Source of the DNA: the human T2T-CHM13v2.0 reference genome, Homo sapiens
Direction: 5' to 3' (one strand)
Assembly: GCF_009914755.1 (NCBI RefSeq)
Contig: NC_060925.1
Length of the DNA stretch: 64,000 bases
The notes below the pieces were generated by a model. The model made no database searches. It was not told the DNA's origin and saw nothing but the letters and a program-made list of their open reading frames with translations. A program made the position numbers and the translations under genes. Below, in pieces: positions 30,520 to 44,200 of the stretch (position 1 is its first letter; each line of letters begins with the position of its first letter).

Positions 30520-32330
30520 AGAAAGCTGCCATTATTCTCAGATGACATAGAAACCAAAAAATGCGTAGAAAAGTATTTAAGCTAATAATCATGTTTAGTG
30601 ATATTGCTGGAATTAAAGTTTTTATATAAAGATTAATTGCATTTATAGAAACAAGTAATAAATAGAAGATGCAGTTTAAAATGGTACCATCTATAACAGA
30701 GACAAAATATATAAGAGATCTGTAATTTCTTAAGATGTGAAAGACTACTATGGAGAAAGTTATGAAACTTTATTAACAGACACTTTCAAAGATGTAAATA
30801 ACTTGACAGGCAACCCATTTTCATGGAAGACCTTAAAATCATGAAGATTTTCATTTTTTCCAATGTTATTCCATGTAATTCCAATCAAAATTCCAATGGG
30901 GTTTCTTATGGGATTTTTATGATAAAACTAAAATGAAAGCGTAAAAGGCCAAGAAAACTAAGGCATTCCTGAAGATGATAAACAGTGTGTGTGAGTTGGA
31001 GGGTGGGATACCATTACCTATGACAGGTCTGAGGAGTGGTAGAAATGACATTTCAAATTAGTGTGGAAAAGATGGGTTATTAAAATTATGCTGGGGCAAG
31101 TAGTTACCCACATGGAAAAAATGAAATTGGATCAAGTCTATGCACTACACACAAAAGATAAATTTGATAAATTAAGAGCTCAAATTTAAAGGCAACATTT
31201 AAAATTTTAGAAGAAAATATAAAGGATATTTACATTCTCAGAGTAGGGAGAAATTTTTCAAATAAGATTCCAAAAAATCAAACTATAAAGAACAAGTGGT
31301 GTGCATTTGACTTTATTAAAATTAAGAATTTATTTTCATTATAAGGCACCATAAAGAGAGTGAAAAAATAACCCATAAAGTTGGAAAAGATATGTTCAAT
31401 GCACGTAACTGAAAAATAATTACAATCCAGAATATATAAAGCATGGCTATAAAAATTAATAAACTTGTGGGCAGCACAATAGAAAAATGGGCAAAAGATA
31501 CAAGCAGGCATTTCACAGAAAAGGAAACAAAAACAGCCAATAAATGTCAAAAATGCTCAACCACATCAGTAATTTGATAGATATAAACTAAAACTACTCA
31601 CCTTAATGACACAAATTTTAGTCTGATGATTAAGTTTTGGCAATTTTAGTCTGATGATTCAGTTTTGGCAAAGATGTGGAGTGATAGGAATTCTCATACG
31701 TTGCTGTTGGTAGTGTAAATTGATATAACTACTTTGGAAGAAACTTTCTAGCTAAATAGTAAATTTTAATATGCATGTGTTATTTCACTGGGCAATTCCA
31801 TTCCTAGGTGTAAACACTGGAAAAACTGTTGTAAATGAGTACCAAGAGACATGTGTACAGGAACGCTTATATAGCAGCATGTAGAAGAAAAATACTGAAA
31901 ATAAAGCATATGTTGTTACACATAAAAAGGATAAGTAAATCACAGCATATTTGTATAATGGAATACCATAGAGCTATGAAAATAAGTGAACAGCTGCTAC
32001 TTGTACCAAGTGGATAAATCTCAAAAACAATGCTGAGCTAAAAATGCAAGAAATAGAAGAATGCATATGGTATTATTTCATTTCTATAAAGTCAAGACTA
32101 ATGAATATGTTGAAACTAATATAATAAAGTGATTATAATAAGTGAATATAAAACTAATGAATGTATCATTTAGGGAAACAGACATATGTGATAATACTAT
32201 AAATGAAGTAAGAAAATAGTTCAAAACTCAGAATAGTGGTTACTCCAGGGGAATGAGGAGCATTTAACTGGGGAGAAGTATGTAGGGTAATAGTCAAAGT
32301 TAATGTTATTTTTTAAGTTAGGTGATGGAG
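30520..32330 (+). mobile_element. Ancient L1ME-like 3' ORF2/UTR fragment
   Basis: ggtagtgtaaattg...gcaattccattcctaggt and other L1 ORF2 3' motifs, highly diverged. Confidence 0.7.
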
Positions 32331-32349
32331 AAAAGGTTTTCATTTTTAC

Positions 32350-32660
<311 letters not shown>

Positions 32661-33709
32661 TAAAATGTATACCTAAACTCATGTGTATGGTAGATTTTAC
32701 AATTAAAGAAACTAAAAATAATACAAGGTTATTGAAAACAATAATGTAAAAGGATACACATGGTCACAGTTTAAAACTATTCATTCTATGACTCATAAAC
32801 GCAGTAATTCTTTCCAATAACCAAGTGCTCAGATGGGATGCAAGTTTGCTGGGGCTCTTAAGGAGCTATTAAAAAGAAATGTTTAATCTGTAGGTCATGT
32901 CATTTATTTAGAACTGGGGATGCCAAATTCAATAGAAAATACCTCACTAGCTATAAATGGTAGCTACACCCTATAGTCCTGAATACGATAAACCTGGAGC
33001 TACTGGCTTTGCTGTTTGTTTTTGCAAATCCTTGACTTTGATTTGACATTCTCTTTGGCTCAACTGTATTCTCTTGACTACCTTGGGAAAATGCCTCACT
33101 CAGTTTAACTTGGGCCAAAAGCTTGCATACTTAACACAGGGATCTGGATCTGGTGTTTAATAGCTGATTAATTTTCTCATCAGCAAAATTGGTGTGATAG
33201 TAATAATCCTCTTTATAGGGTAAAAGAAACAATAAAGTCAAGCCCTCTGATGATAGTCATTTTTTTTAGTCATTCAGCTTTACTTTTTATTCTTTTAGAA
33301 TTTCATTTTGTGACCAGTCCTTGTGAAAATGTAAATCCAAGTGCCCTGCCCTTTCCCTAATTGAGGGTCTGGTGTCATACAACAATATGCTTTTTCCCCA
33401 GGATTTAATTCTTGTCATTCATAGATGGCAAATAAAATTGGAGTTTATTTCTCCTAAGCCTTCCTCCCACACCCCTCCCCATAGAAAGATTTGGTTTCTA
33501 TTGTATTAGAGGCAGGTTCTGTATTCTTTTTGATTCTGTGAGTTTCTTCATGTCTTTCAAATATATTGATTTGTGCTTCTTAGAGTTGGTTTTGATTGCT
33601 TACAAAATTAAAGCCTAAGTGATATAAGCACCAAATACAGTCTCTGGCACATAGTAGGTACTTGTAGTGTTTGTTGATATGATTATTTTCACAATTGAAA
33701 TGTTCCCTG

Positions 33710-33900
33710 AACAACACACACTAGGGCCTGTCAGTGGGGGTGGCACGAGGGAAAGCATCAGGAAAAATAGCTAACGCATGCTGGGCTTAATATTTAGGTG
33801 ATGGGTTAATAGGGACAGCAAACCACCATGGCACAGGTTTACCTATGTAACAAACCTGCACACCTTGCACATGCACCCTGGAACTAAAATAAAATAAAAA
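33710..33900 (+). mobile_element. L1PA 3' end fragment
   Basis: aaaccaccatggcac...acctatgtaacaaacctgcac, A-rich tail. Confidence 0.85.
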
Positions 33901-35117
33901 TTTTTCCTGGCAGCACTTCTATTAGACTTTCTCTGGTTCTGAGAGTGGAACAAAACACTTAACCTACCAATCACAGGAAGAATGGATACAATTTAGTTTC
34001 CAAATGTGATAAATGGATAAACCTGTCTGGACTCACAAGAACTCTGCTAAGGTGCTGAAATCCCATAATGATCACCCATATTCCCGCCAACTGCATTCCT
34101 GGTATTGTCACAAGACAGCATCATATAAGCAATACAGAAAATATGTGCTAGAGTACATAAAGTAAATCAAAAGAAGGAGAGAGCATTAAGATAGAAAAGA
34201 TCTGAGTTGGACTTTGAAGAACTGCTAAGATTGGGATAGGCAGTGAGGATAAGGAGACACTGCAGGCAAGACATTACAGGCAAGGAGTGGAGGGATACCT
34301 TGAGCAAAGACATGCAAGGCATGTTTGAGGGCAAAGAATAGACCTTTGGCCAAAAGAGAAATGTATTATAGAACAATGGTAGTGAATTATGTTTGGAAGG
34401 GGTAGATTGGAGTTAATTTAAATACAAAGTTCCAGAAATGGTCAAGTTGCAAATATTTCTATGAAGAGACTCATTTCAATATCATCTATATTATTTCTAT
34501 CCATTAGCAACGCAGTTTTTAGGGGATGTAATTTGAAACTACAGAACACTAGAGAGTTCTTGGTGACCTTTAGAGGGGACATTTTGAGATCCAAACATTC
34601 TTAGATAAAATTAGCATTTAGTCATGACTTGAAGCCATTCCAAAGAACATGTGTGAGTAGAATATTGAGAGAGTAGCACCTAAAGAGGGAAGATTTCTTA
34701 GGCACTGATTGTACAAATTACATATGAATAATTCCATGAGGAAAAAAAGGTTTAAGAACAGCTAATAACTTCCAAAGTTTCTTTTTATTTATTTTTCCAT
34801 AAAGACTTGCTTTGATGCCAGACACAAAATGTCCACAATAGAAAATCTGACCACAGTATCTAAACAGTTGCTTATCAGCCCTTGGAACTGCCAAAAAAGC
34901 TATTAAACTGATGTTTTCCATGGTGATGGTCTCCACCACCCTGTTAGGAGCCATGACATTGTTCTGTCCTTGTTGGGCAGAGAAGGTGGTGATGCTGGTG
35001 GTGGGAGGGTGTAGGTTGAAGGTCTTGGGAGGGTGTTTGTAGAAGAGAAGGTCCGTTGATTTACTGATTAACTACATACACATCTGGGTCAAATTGTTCT
35101 CTATTTAGAAGCCTTTG

Positions 35118-35146
35118 TGATAACCACAGAATCAGAACATATAAAA
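35118..35146 (+). promoter_or_regulatory. CHIA proximal promoter: GATA motif and TATA box
   Basis: TGATAA at 35118-35123; TATAAAA at 35140-35146, 47 nt before the ATG; same layout as the paralog. Confidence 0.7.
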
Positions 35147-35186
35147 AGCCAATCTAGGCTCTGCGGGACTGGTGCTGACTGCAACC

Positions 35187-35211
35187 ATGACAAAGCTTAT
35201 TCTCCTCACAG
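35187..35211 (+). CDS. CHIA: CHIA coding exon 1
   Basis: gcaaccATG Kozak context, MTKLILLT, donor gtgggt. Confidence 0.93.
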
Positions 35212-38200
35212 GTGGGTTTGTAATCAGAGATTGACCCTTCATCTTATCTAGTTTCTTTTTCTCTCACAGGCTCTGAAAATCATGAAGTGGTCTTCATACT
35301 ACATCCCTATACTTTTCCATTCTTCTTTCATCATTTCAAATTTCAAATGAATCTTGTTATATACAAATCAGTCTGCCTCTTGTTCTCTTAACTTCAACTG
35401 ACTCTGGTAACATTTCTGCTTTTGTTAATCCCATGGACCTGGTCCTAAAGGAAAAGCATACTTTCTCCTAGTATTAGTCTTACTCTTTCATCTTTTGTTC
35501 AGCCATTCATTTTTCTTTACTCTTCTTCCTACGCCATCTCATTTTAATTGGAATAATGTTTATTTATTTGCTTGTGTCCTTGGACTAGCTTTTCTGGGGA
35601 AGAAAATCAGTAGGAACTGAGATAGAGTTATGCAAGTTGTCTTTGTTCTGCTGTTTTCAGAATTATTTCTCTATTTATTCCCCTATTATCCTACTGAGTT
35701 GATGATGTACCATAAACATGTTAGAAATTAAATTATTCAAAGAGGTTGATTCAGTAAGTTGTTTAGAGACAAGTCATACCAAGAATTTATTAGTTGCTCT
35801 AGAGCTGGGATTTGCAAACTGTTTAAGCTTCAGAACCTTTTCCAAATGAAACCTCAAGCTCAATTTATAAAACAATCAGAGTAGAAGAATTGCTTTGTAG
35901 AAGTCAGGGAAAGGTATCTGGAGTCTCACCCCATAGTTCCTAGCTCTTCTCTCCTCATATAAGGCCTCCTGAAAGTCATTCCAAAAAACCACTAAAGGCC
36001 AGAAGATACTGAATTCTCTGATTTAGCAGATGCCTTATCTGTTGGAAGGCTGTGTTCTATCACTCAGGTAGGGGAAGAACGAATGGATGTGTCATCATTG
36101 AGTACAGTGATCAGTTGGTGATTTCAGTAAGTACATCTTCTATAGATAGTAAACTTCGGACTCAGCATTCAGTAACATTTATTTGTGACAAGGAAGGTGT
36201 GAGACGAAGGTACCACGGTCATTTTTGATAAAGGTGGGGAAAGGTAGATCTACTGTTGTATTCACTGAAAAGCCTTTGGAATCACCACCAAATCTCACTG
36301 AGGCTGTAACAATTTATGGCAAATTGGAAGGCAATCAATCCTTCAGAATTAGATTCTACGGGGTACAGACAATCGGTTCAAAGTACATGCTTTTTCTTTC
36401 TATCCAGGTCTTGTCCTTATACTGAATTTGCAGCTCGGTAAGTCATGGACTCCATGTTTTATCATTGAATGTATATATACGAGATAAACCATACTATGGA
36501 AAGAGAGCCGCTGTTTGCTTCACAGACAGATGGGTTTGATTTGGGAGTAATCTAGTGTTTTGGATTGGCTGTCACTGCTATCCTCTTCAGCATGACCATC
36601 TGAATTATAAACTGGTACTCACTGGGCTTCATAGGACTATGGGCATCTTTTCTTAGAAGGCTGCTAGCTAGGCTTATCCAAAATCCCAAAATGAGTCTGT
36701 GAAAGTTAAAAATAAACAACTCCAAGTTAGTGACCAGTTCTGAGTTAGAATCTTAGGATGCATTTGCAAGAGTGTTCATACTAACTACCTCCACACAGAG
36801 ATCAGGCATCTGAGGCACAGGGAGGGAAACAGAGGCAGGGCCAAAACTCACCGCACACTTCAGTGGATCCTAAACCAGGCCATTGTCCCTCCTGCTGACT
36901 ACACACAGGCTCTGCCTACCAGCTGACATGCTACTTCACCAACTGGGCCCAGTACCGGCCAGGCCTGGGGCGCTTCATGCCTGACGACATCAACCCCTGC
37001 CTCTGTACCCACCTGATCTACGCCTTTGCTGGGATGCAGAACAACGAGATCACCACCATCGAATGGAATGATGTGACTCTCTACCAAGCTTTCAATGGCC
37101 TGAAAAATAAGTAGGATGAGGGAGATATTTAATTTGGCATCCCCTTTTTCAGTACTTCCCAAACATTAATGCTTCTTAAAATGTAGTTCAGATCCATGGA
37201 TCTGAGATGGGGACCAAGACTCTGCATTTCATTTTTCTTTTATAATTGACAAAAATTGTATGTGTTTACTATGGACAATGTAATGTTTTGAAATATGTAT
37301 ACGGTGCGGAATGGCTCAATCGAACTATCAACATATGCATTTCCACAAATACTTAATGTTTTTTGTGGTGAGAACACTTAAAATGTACTGTTTGCAATTT
37401 TCAAAATACAATATATTGTTACTAACAATAGTAACCATGTTGTACAATAGACCTCTGCAACTTATTCCTCATTTCTAACTGAAATTTTGTATTCTTTGAC
37501 CAACATGCCCCCCAACCCCCATCCCCACACCACCCCCAGCCTCTGCTAACCACCATTCTACTATATACTTCTATGAGTTCAACTTCTTTTAGATTCCACT
37601 TATAAGTGAGATCATGTGGTATATGTCTTTCTGTGCCTGGTTTATCTCACTTAACATAATATCCTCCAGGTTTATCCATATTGCTGCAAATGACAGGATT
37701 TCTGCCTCTTTTTTAAGGCTTAATAGTATTCATTGTATATAAAGACCACATTTTCTTTGTCCATTCATCCATTGAGGGGCACTTAGATTGATTCCACATC
37801 TTAGCTACTGTGAATAGTGCTGCAATGAACATGGAAATTCAGATATCTCTTCAACACACTGATTTCATTTCCTTTGGATGTAAACCCAGTAGTGTAACTG
37901 CTGGATCATATGGTAGTTATTTCTTTGATTTTTTGAGGAACATCTATACTATTTTCCATAATGGGTATACTAATGTTCATTCCCACCAACAGTGGGCAAG
38001 AGTTCCTTTTTTTTCCATGTCTTTTCCAACACTTACCTTTCATCTTTTTGATAACAGCCATTCTAAGCGGATTGAGTGGTATCTCATTTGATTTTGATAT
38101 GTATTTCTCTGATGATTAGTGATGTTGAGCATTTTTTATACACTTGTTGACCATTGGTATGTCTTCTTTTGAGAAATGTCTTTTCAAGTCCTTGGCCCAT

Positions 38201-41200
38201 TTTTTAATCAGGTTATTTGGTTTCTTACTACTGAGTTGTATAAATTTCCTATATATTTTTGATACTAACTAACTCCTTACTTGACATATGGTTTCCAACT
38301 ATTTTCTCCCATTCCATAGGTAGTCTCTTCACTCTGTTTCCTTTGTCATGCAAAAGCTTTTTAGCTTGATGTAATCCCATTTGTCTATTTTTGCTTTTGT
38401 TGCTGCACTTTCCAGTCATATCCAAAAAATTCTTGCTGTAGCTCTTGGAGCTTTTTTTTAAGGTTTTCTTTCAGTAGTTTTACAATTTGAGGTCATAAAT
38501 TTAGATCTTTAATCCATTCTGAGTTGACTTTGTTCAGTTTAGTCATATTTAAGAGAAGGAAAGCTACAGGTGATTGCTACTATCAGTAATGGCATTATCG
38601 TGAATACAGCTACTAGAATTTAAGTTACAATGACTAAGAGTAAATAAACTCCTTTACAGCAGTGTTTCTTGAAGTGTGGTCCATTGACTACTTGCCTCAA
38701 AATCATGTGAGGTACTTGAGTAAGTGTTAGTCCCTACTGCAATCCAACCGAATTGGAATCTCAGGGGAAGGGGCGATAAACCCAGATTTTTAATGTTGTC
38801 CTCCCACAACCCTTGCACTTAATTATTATGTATGTTAATGTTTGGGAATCTCTATTCAAGAGAATGTGTATAATTTCAAGCCAATTAATTTATTTTAACA
38901 TTACAGAGGCTAAAAATGTAATTAAGCTCAAGCAACATTTACCATTTTATCTGATAGAATAGAATATTATATTAGCTATTCATGCTTTTTAAACTTACAC
39001 AATCAAAGATACTGCCAACACACAATATTTTTTAAAGCCCAGTTTCAAAATTTAGATTTCCCTAGGGAACCCTGAGTGCATTCATGACAGGAACAACACA
39101 AAGAATTTTTATAAAGGAAGTTTTCAGTAGGGGAGGAAAATTGTTCTACAAAAGGCAAAACAAAAATATCTGACCAGATCCAATACTAAAGCAATGTATT
39201 TTAAATGGAGGGAGTCCTGACTTTTGAAGTTTATCTGTTTCTATCCTTTGCTTTACAGGAACAGCCAGCTGAAAACTCTCCTGGCCATTGGAGGCTGGAA
39301 CTTCGGGACTGCCCCGTAAGTCTTCTATGGAGAGCATGTTGTTCGTTTGCTATGGAAAACAAGTTAGCCCCATGTGATCACTGTCCCTTTAGACTTCACA
39401 ATCTAAGACAGGGTATTGAGGATGTACATAAACAAATATATGAATTAAATATATTGCTACACCAGAACCTCATTATTAAGTGGAACACAATTTATTTCAT
39501 ACATTTAATTTGGTGGACATTTGGGGGCCCTATCCACAGAGGTTTACTTACTGAGGTTCCCAAACAACCTCTTCTTAAAGTATTTCAAGAGTACAAACCC
39601 TGAGGACAATGTTATAATGCTTCCCTCTATTTATCTTCTGGTGGGGGGAGGAATGAGAAAATCACACAAATAAACAAGAGGACTTCTTGGAGGGTACATG
39701 TTTGGGGAAGGAACACAGTGTGCTGGGTTTGCCAGGTATCCAAAGAAACAAGGGCAACTTGGGAGAAAGAGCAGAGTTGGGCGGATAACAGAATAAAGGG
39801 AATGTTAAGATACCATGGCTGGGAAGAGTAGTGATTACAAAGGAAGGAGAGGAGAAAACCAAGAACATGCTTTACTCTGGGCTGTGGGTCCTGATGAAGG
39901 GCTCTGAGGCAGGAATTGAGAGCTTGATTTTACTCCAAGGTGTTGGGACCACCAAGGTCTCACCCTGCCTTCTTTGGGTCTCCCTCAGTTTCACTGCCAT
40001 GGTTTCTACTCCTGAGAACCGCCAGACTTTCATCACCTCAGTCATCAAATTCCTGCGCCAGTATGAGTTTGACGGGCTGGACTTTGACTGGGAGTACCCT
40101 GGCTCTCGTGGGAGCCCTCCTCAGGACAAGCATCTCTTCACTGTCCTGGTGCAGGTGGGGAAGGAAGTCCCAGTCTTTAGCCCAAAAAGATTCAAAGTCT
40201 TTCTTTCCGAGGAGAATTGGGTGGCTCTAGGGTAAAACAAAACTTGAATTTAAACTGATAGAATATTAGCATTGCAAAGAGTCTTATATATCGTGCGTTC
40301 ATTAAACAAACATTTAATGGCAACAACAAAGCAACATGTGAGCTCTGTGCCAGGCACTGCTCTACATGTTGTTTTAAGAACCATAACTCATTTCATCTTC
40401 ATATTTACTCTATGGCATACATACTATAAGTGTTATAATCTTTATTTTACAGATGAGGAAACTAAAGTACAGAGAGGATTTAAGCAACTTGCCCAAGATC
40501 ACACAACTAGTAGGAATCATAACTTCCTCTGCAGTTTGGCTACAGAGTCCATTGCTTCTAAGCATTACACTAGGCTGCCCGTTATTACTGAGTACGTATT
40601 CTGTGGCAGACATTGTCAGGCTCTGAAGAACTTCTTCTGAGGTGGAAGACTGAAAGAATATGAACAATGGCAATGCATTGTGATAAATGCCATGTTAGAG
40701 GTCTGCAGAGTACAAAAGTAACAAGGAAAGAGGGTAACTAATTCTGCTCTGGGTCAGGATCAGAAAGTGTTTCCTAGAGAAAGTGATGCTTGGGCTCAGT
40801 CTTGAAAGAAACTGGTGTTAACCAATTAAGTGAGGATGGGAATGGCACAAATGATATACAGATAAGTGTGAGCAAGTGGGTGATAATGGCTGTGAAGTTG
40901 CATGAAGAACCAGATAATGTGAGAACTTTTATATTATGTTCAGGAATTTGCACTTTACCTTTGACACAATGGGACTGTTTTGAAGAATTTTAAATAGTAG
41001 AGAGCTGGCTTTTACCATAGAGGATAAATTAGAAGGAGATGAGAAGTCATGGATAGAATTAGGAGGTTATTGCAGTAAATCAAGCAAGAAATGATCAGGG
41101 CCCCAACAAAGGCTCTGACACTGAGGGAAGAAGAGGATGTATATAAGAGATATCAAGAGGATAGAATCAATAGGATTTGGAGATCAACTGGAAATAGGAA

Positions 41201-44200
41201 ATGGAGAGGACCTCCAATTTTCTGACTTTGAGGATGGGTTTGATTTTAATGCTATTAACTAAGATGGTAAATACAGGAAGAAGTGTAGATTTGAAAGAAG
41301 AAGAATTGACCTTGAACTTGATGAGTATGAGGTATCTGTAGAGCATCCTAACGGAGTGCCCAGTAGCCATCAGATAAATATCAATCTGGAGTTCAGGACA
41401 AAAAAGCTTGATATACTTGGTTTTTAGACTTACTGTCTCCCAAGACAGATTGTTTGCTATTCCATTCTATGTAACAGATCGTCACTCAGCCTCTGAATAG
41501 TTTCAATGTTAAGTAATAGGTGAAAAGTCAATTTACTTACTTGTTGAATTGCCCTAATGATCATAAAGGAATATCTCTTTCTTGGCTGGAACATGCCTCT
41601 AGTCATAATTTATAACTTCTGGTCATTGTTTCTAGTTCTTCCTGCTGAAGCAACAGAGAATAAGACTGCATCTTTTGCAATATATGGGCTTAATGTCTTA
41701 AGACAGCTGTAAATACCTTGCCTATAATTTCTCTTATTCCAGTTAAATATCTTAATGCCTTCAATCAATAACCGCATGACAATTTTCAGAGCCAGCCTTC
41801 ACTGGAACATACTCTGGCGCACCCTAATAGTGCAATTATAAGAACTAAACCCAGTACTCCAAATGAGATTACAGTCGCACAGATACAGGTGGATTAATCT
41901 CTAGTATTGAATGGGAACCTATCATCTAGCTGTTACCACCTTCCTTATTGGCCAATACACCATTTTATTTGATGGGATGTCAGTCCTATAAAGTAGTTCA
42001 TCTACTTTATGAAACAAATTTCTATACTGCTGGATGTAGGGTATCACTGCAACTAGAGCTTCAAAGTATAGAGATACAATGGAGCCCTGATGGTCATCTG
42101 GGACCTGGGTTTTGGTCATGACCTACCTACTAACTCAGTGTGGGACTTTGGTGAAGTGTCCTAACTCTTATGCATATTAGATAGCCAGAAAATTCAATAA
42201 TATTATCTATCCGATCTACTTTATTTGGTTGTTGAGAGACTAAAGTAAAATAAAATATGTGAAAGCAATTTAAGAGAGAGAAGCATTATACAGACATATG
42301 TTTATTAGTATTATTTAAGGAGCTAAAATCAGCATCATAGATGTCCTATTATGCCTTATTATTCTGTAGGAAATGCGTGAAGCTTTTGAGCAGGAGGCCA
42401 AGCAGATCAACAAGCCCAGGCTGATGGTCACTGCTGCAGTAGCTGCTGGCATCTCCAATATCCAGTCTGGCTATGAGATCCCCCAACTGTCACAGTGAGT
42501 GATGTGCCTTATCTTCAAACTCCTGGAGGTGTCACTCGGGCACACTAGACTTGTCCTTGGTCTGGCTTGCTATTCAGGGACCTTGTTTAGGAGACTTTAG
42601 AAGTGGTGTCCTGTGCCTGCATAGGTGTGGGAAATGACCATCAGAATGATTTTAAATCCTCCACCCCACCTCAGGTACCTGGACTACATCCATGTCATGA
42701 CCTACGACCTCCATGGCTCCTGGGAGGGCTACACTGGAGAGAACAGCCCCCTCTACAAATACCCGACTGACACCGGCAGCAACGCCTACCTCAATGTGGT
42801 GAGTCCCTGTACAGATGCAAGAGCAGACCAGAGATGATGATGAAAATCACATAGAGATTCAGGCACAAAAGGCATCATAAGTTTAGTGGTTTTCTCAAAT
42901 GGGAAATTAGGCTGCCATAATTAATTAAATATTCTCATTTAATTTCACACAGAGACTGGGACACAAAGTAAACATAAATTCTGCAAGTGTCTCACTTAAA
43001 CAACTGTCCTCAAGTTGATCGTATTTCATTAACTACAACTTCACCAAAATGTTTTGAAAAAAATACTAATCCATCTGGAATTAACAGCATAGAGTTTTAC
43101 CTGTCGGAATAGGGGACTAATATAACTAAGTACTGGGTCCTCAGCTGGTTGGGCCATGTAACTAACCCACTGACATTGCAGGATTATGTCATGAACTACT
43201 GGAAGGACAATGGAGCACCAGCTGAGAAGCTCATCGTTGGATTCCCTACCTATGGACACAACTTCATCCTGAGCAACCCCTCCAACACTGGAATTGGTGC
43301 CCCCACCTCTGGTGCTGGTCCTGCTGGGCCCTATGCCAAGGAGTCTGGGATCTGGGCTTACTACGAGGTATGTAGATTGGACTGAAAAGTGCTCTGTGAA
43401 TTCCGTGCACTGTGCCTTAGGGCTAGAATCTGCTGAAATCTTGAATGTTCATTCTGTCTCCTACCTAAATGCTTTAAACACAGCTGCTTAAAGTGTTTAA
43501 ATAGCATTCATTTACATAATCCAAATGAATAGCATTTAACAATGCATAATATCCCTTCACACAACAGACTACCTTTTAAATGTAATTTATATTAGCACAC
43601 AGGTAATAAAATAAATATACCTCTCATATTACTGTGGGTTCCCAAAATCATTTGACAAGCAACTTGATCCTCTTTACTACAAATAAAAACCTGTAACTAG
43701 AAATTGAGCAAAACCCCAACTGGAGACATGAAAGAAGAAAAATTTGAAACATGTTTTTCTTTAATGGGAGTAACATTTAAAAGATTTGAATCTCTTGACT
43801 TTTGAAAGATCTGTACCTTCCTGAAAAATGGAGCCACTCAGGGATGGGATGCCCCTCAGGAAGTGCCTTATGCCTATCAGGGCAATGTATGGGTTGGCTA
43901 TGACAACGTCAAGAGCTTCGATATTAAGGTAAGATCAGTCCCTTAAATGTGCTGAGGTCCCAGCCCTGAGTCCCAGGAAAGCAAGTGATTCCTGTTATCC
44001 TCTTTCTTTAAACAGGCTCAATGGCTTAAGCACAACAAATCTGGAGGCGCCATGGTCTGGGCCATTGATCTGGATGACTTCACTGGCACTTTCTGCAACC
44101 AGGGCAAGCTTCCCCTAATCTCCACCCTGAAGAAGGCCCTCGGCTTGCAGAGTGCAAGTAAGTGACTGAGGGGGAATGCCCAGGTGTATAAATACCCCTT

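Noticed and set aside
31614-31669. 28-bp tandem duplication with one mismatch
   Set aside because: Ordinary slippage inside an old L1; nothing suggests function.
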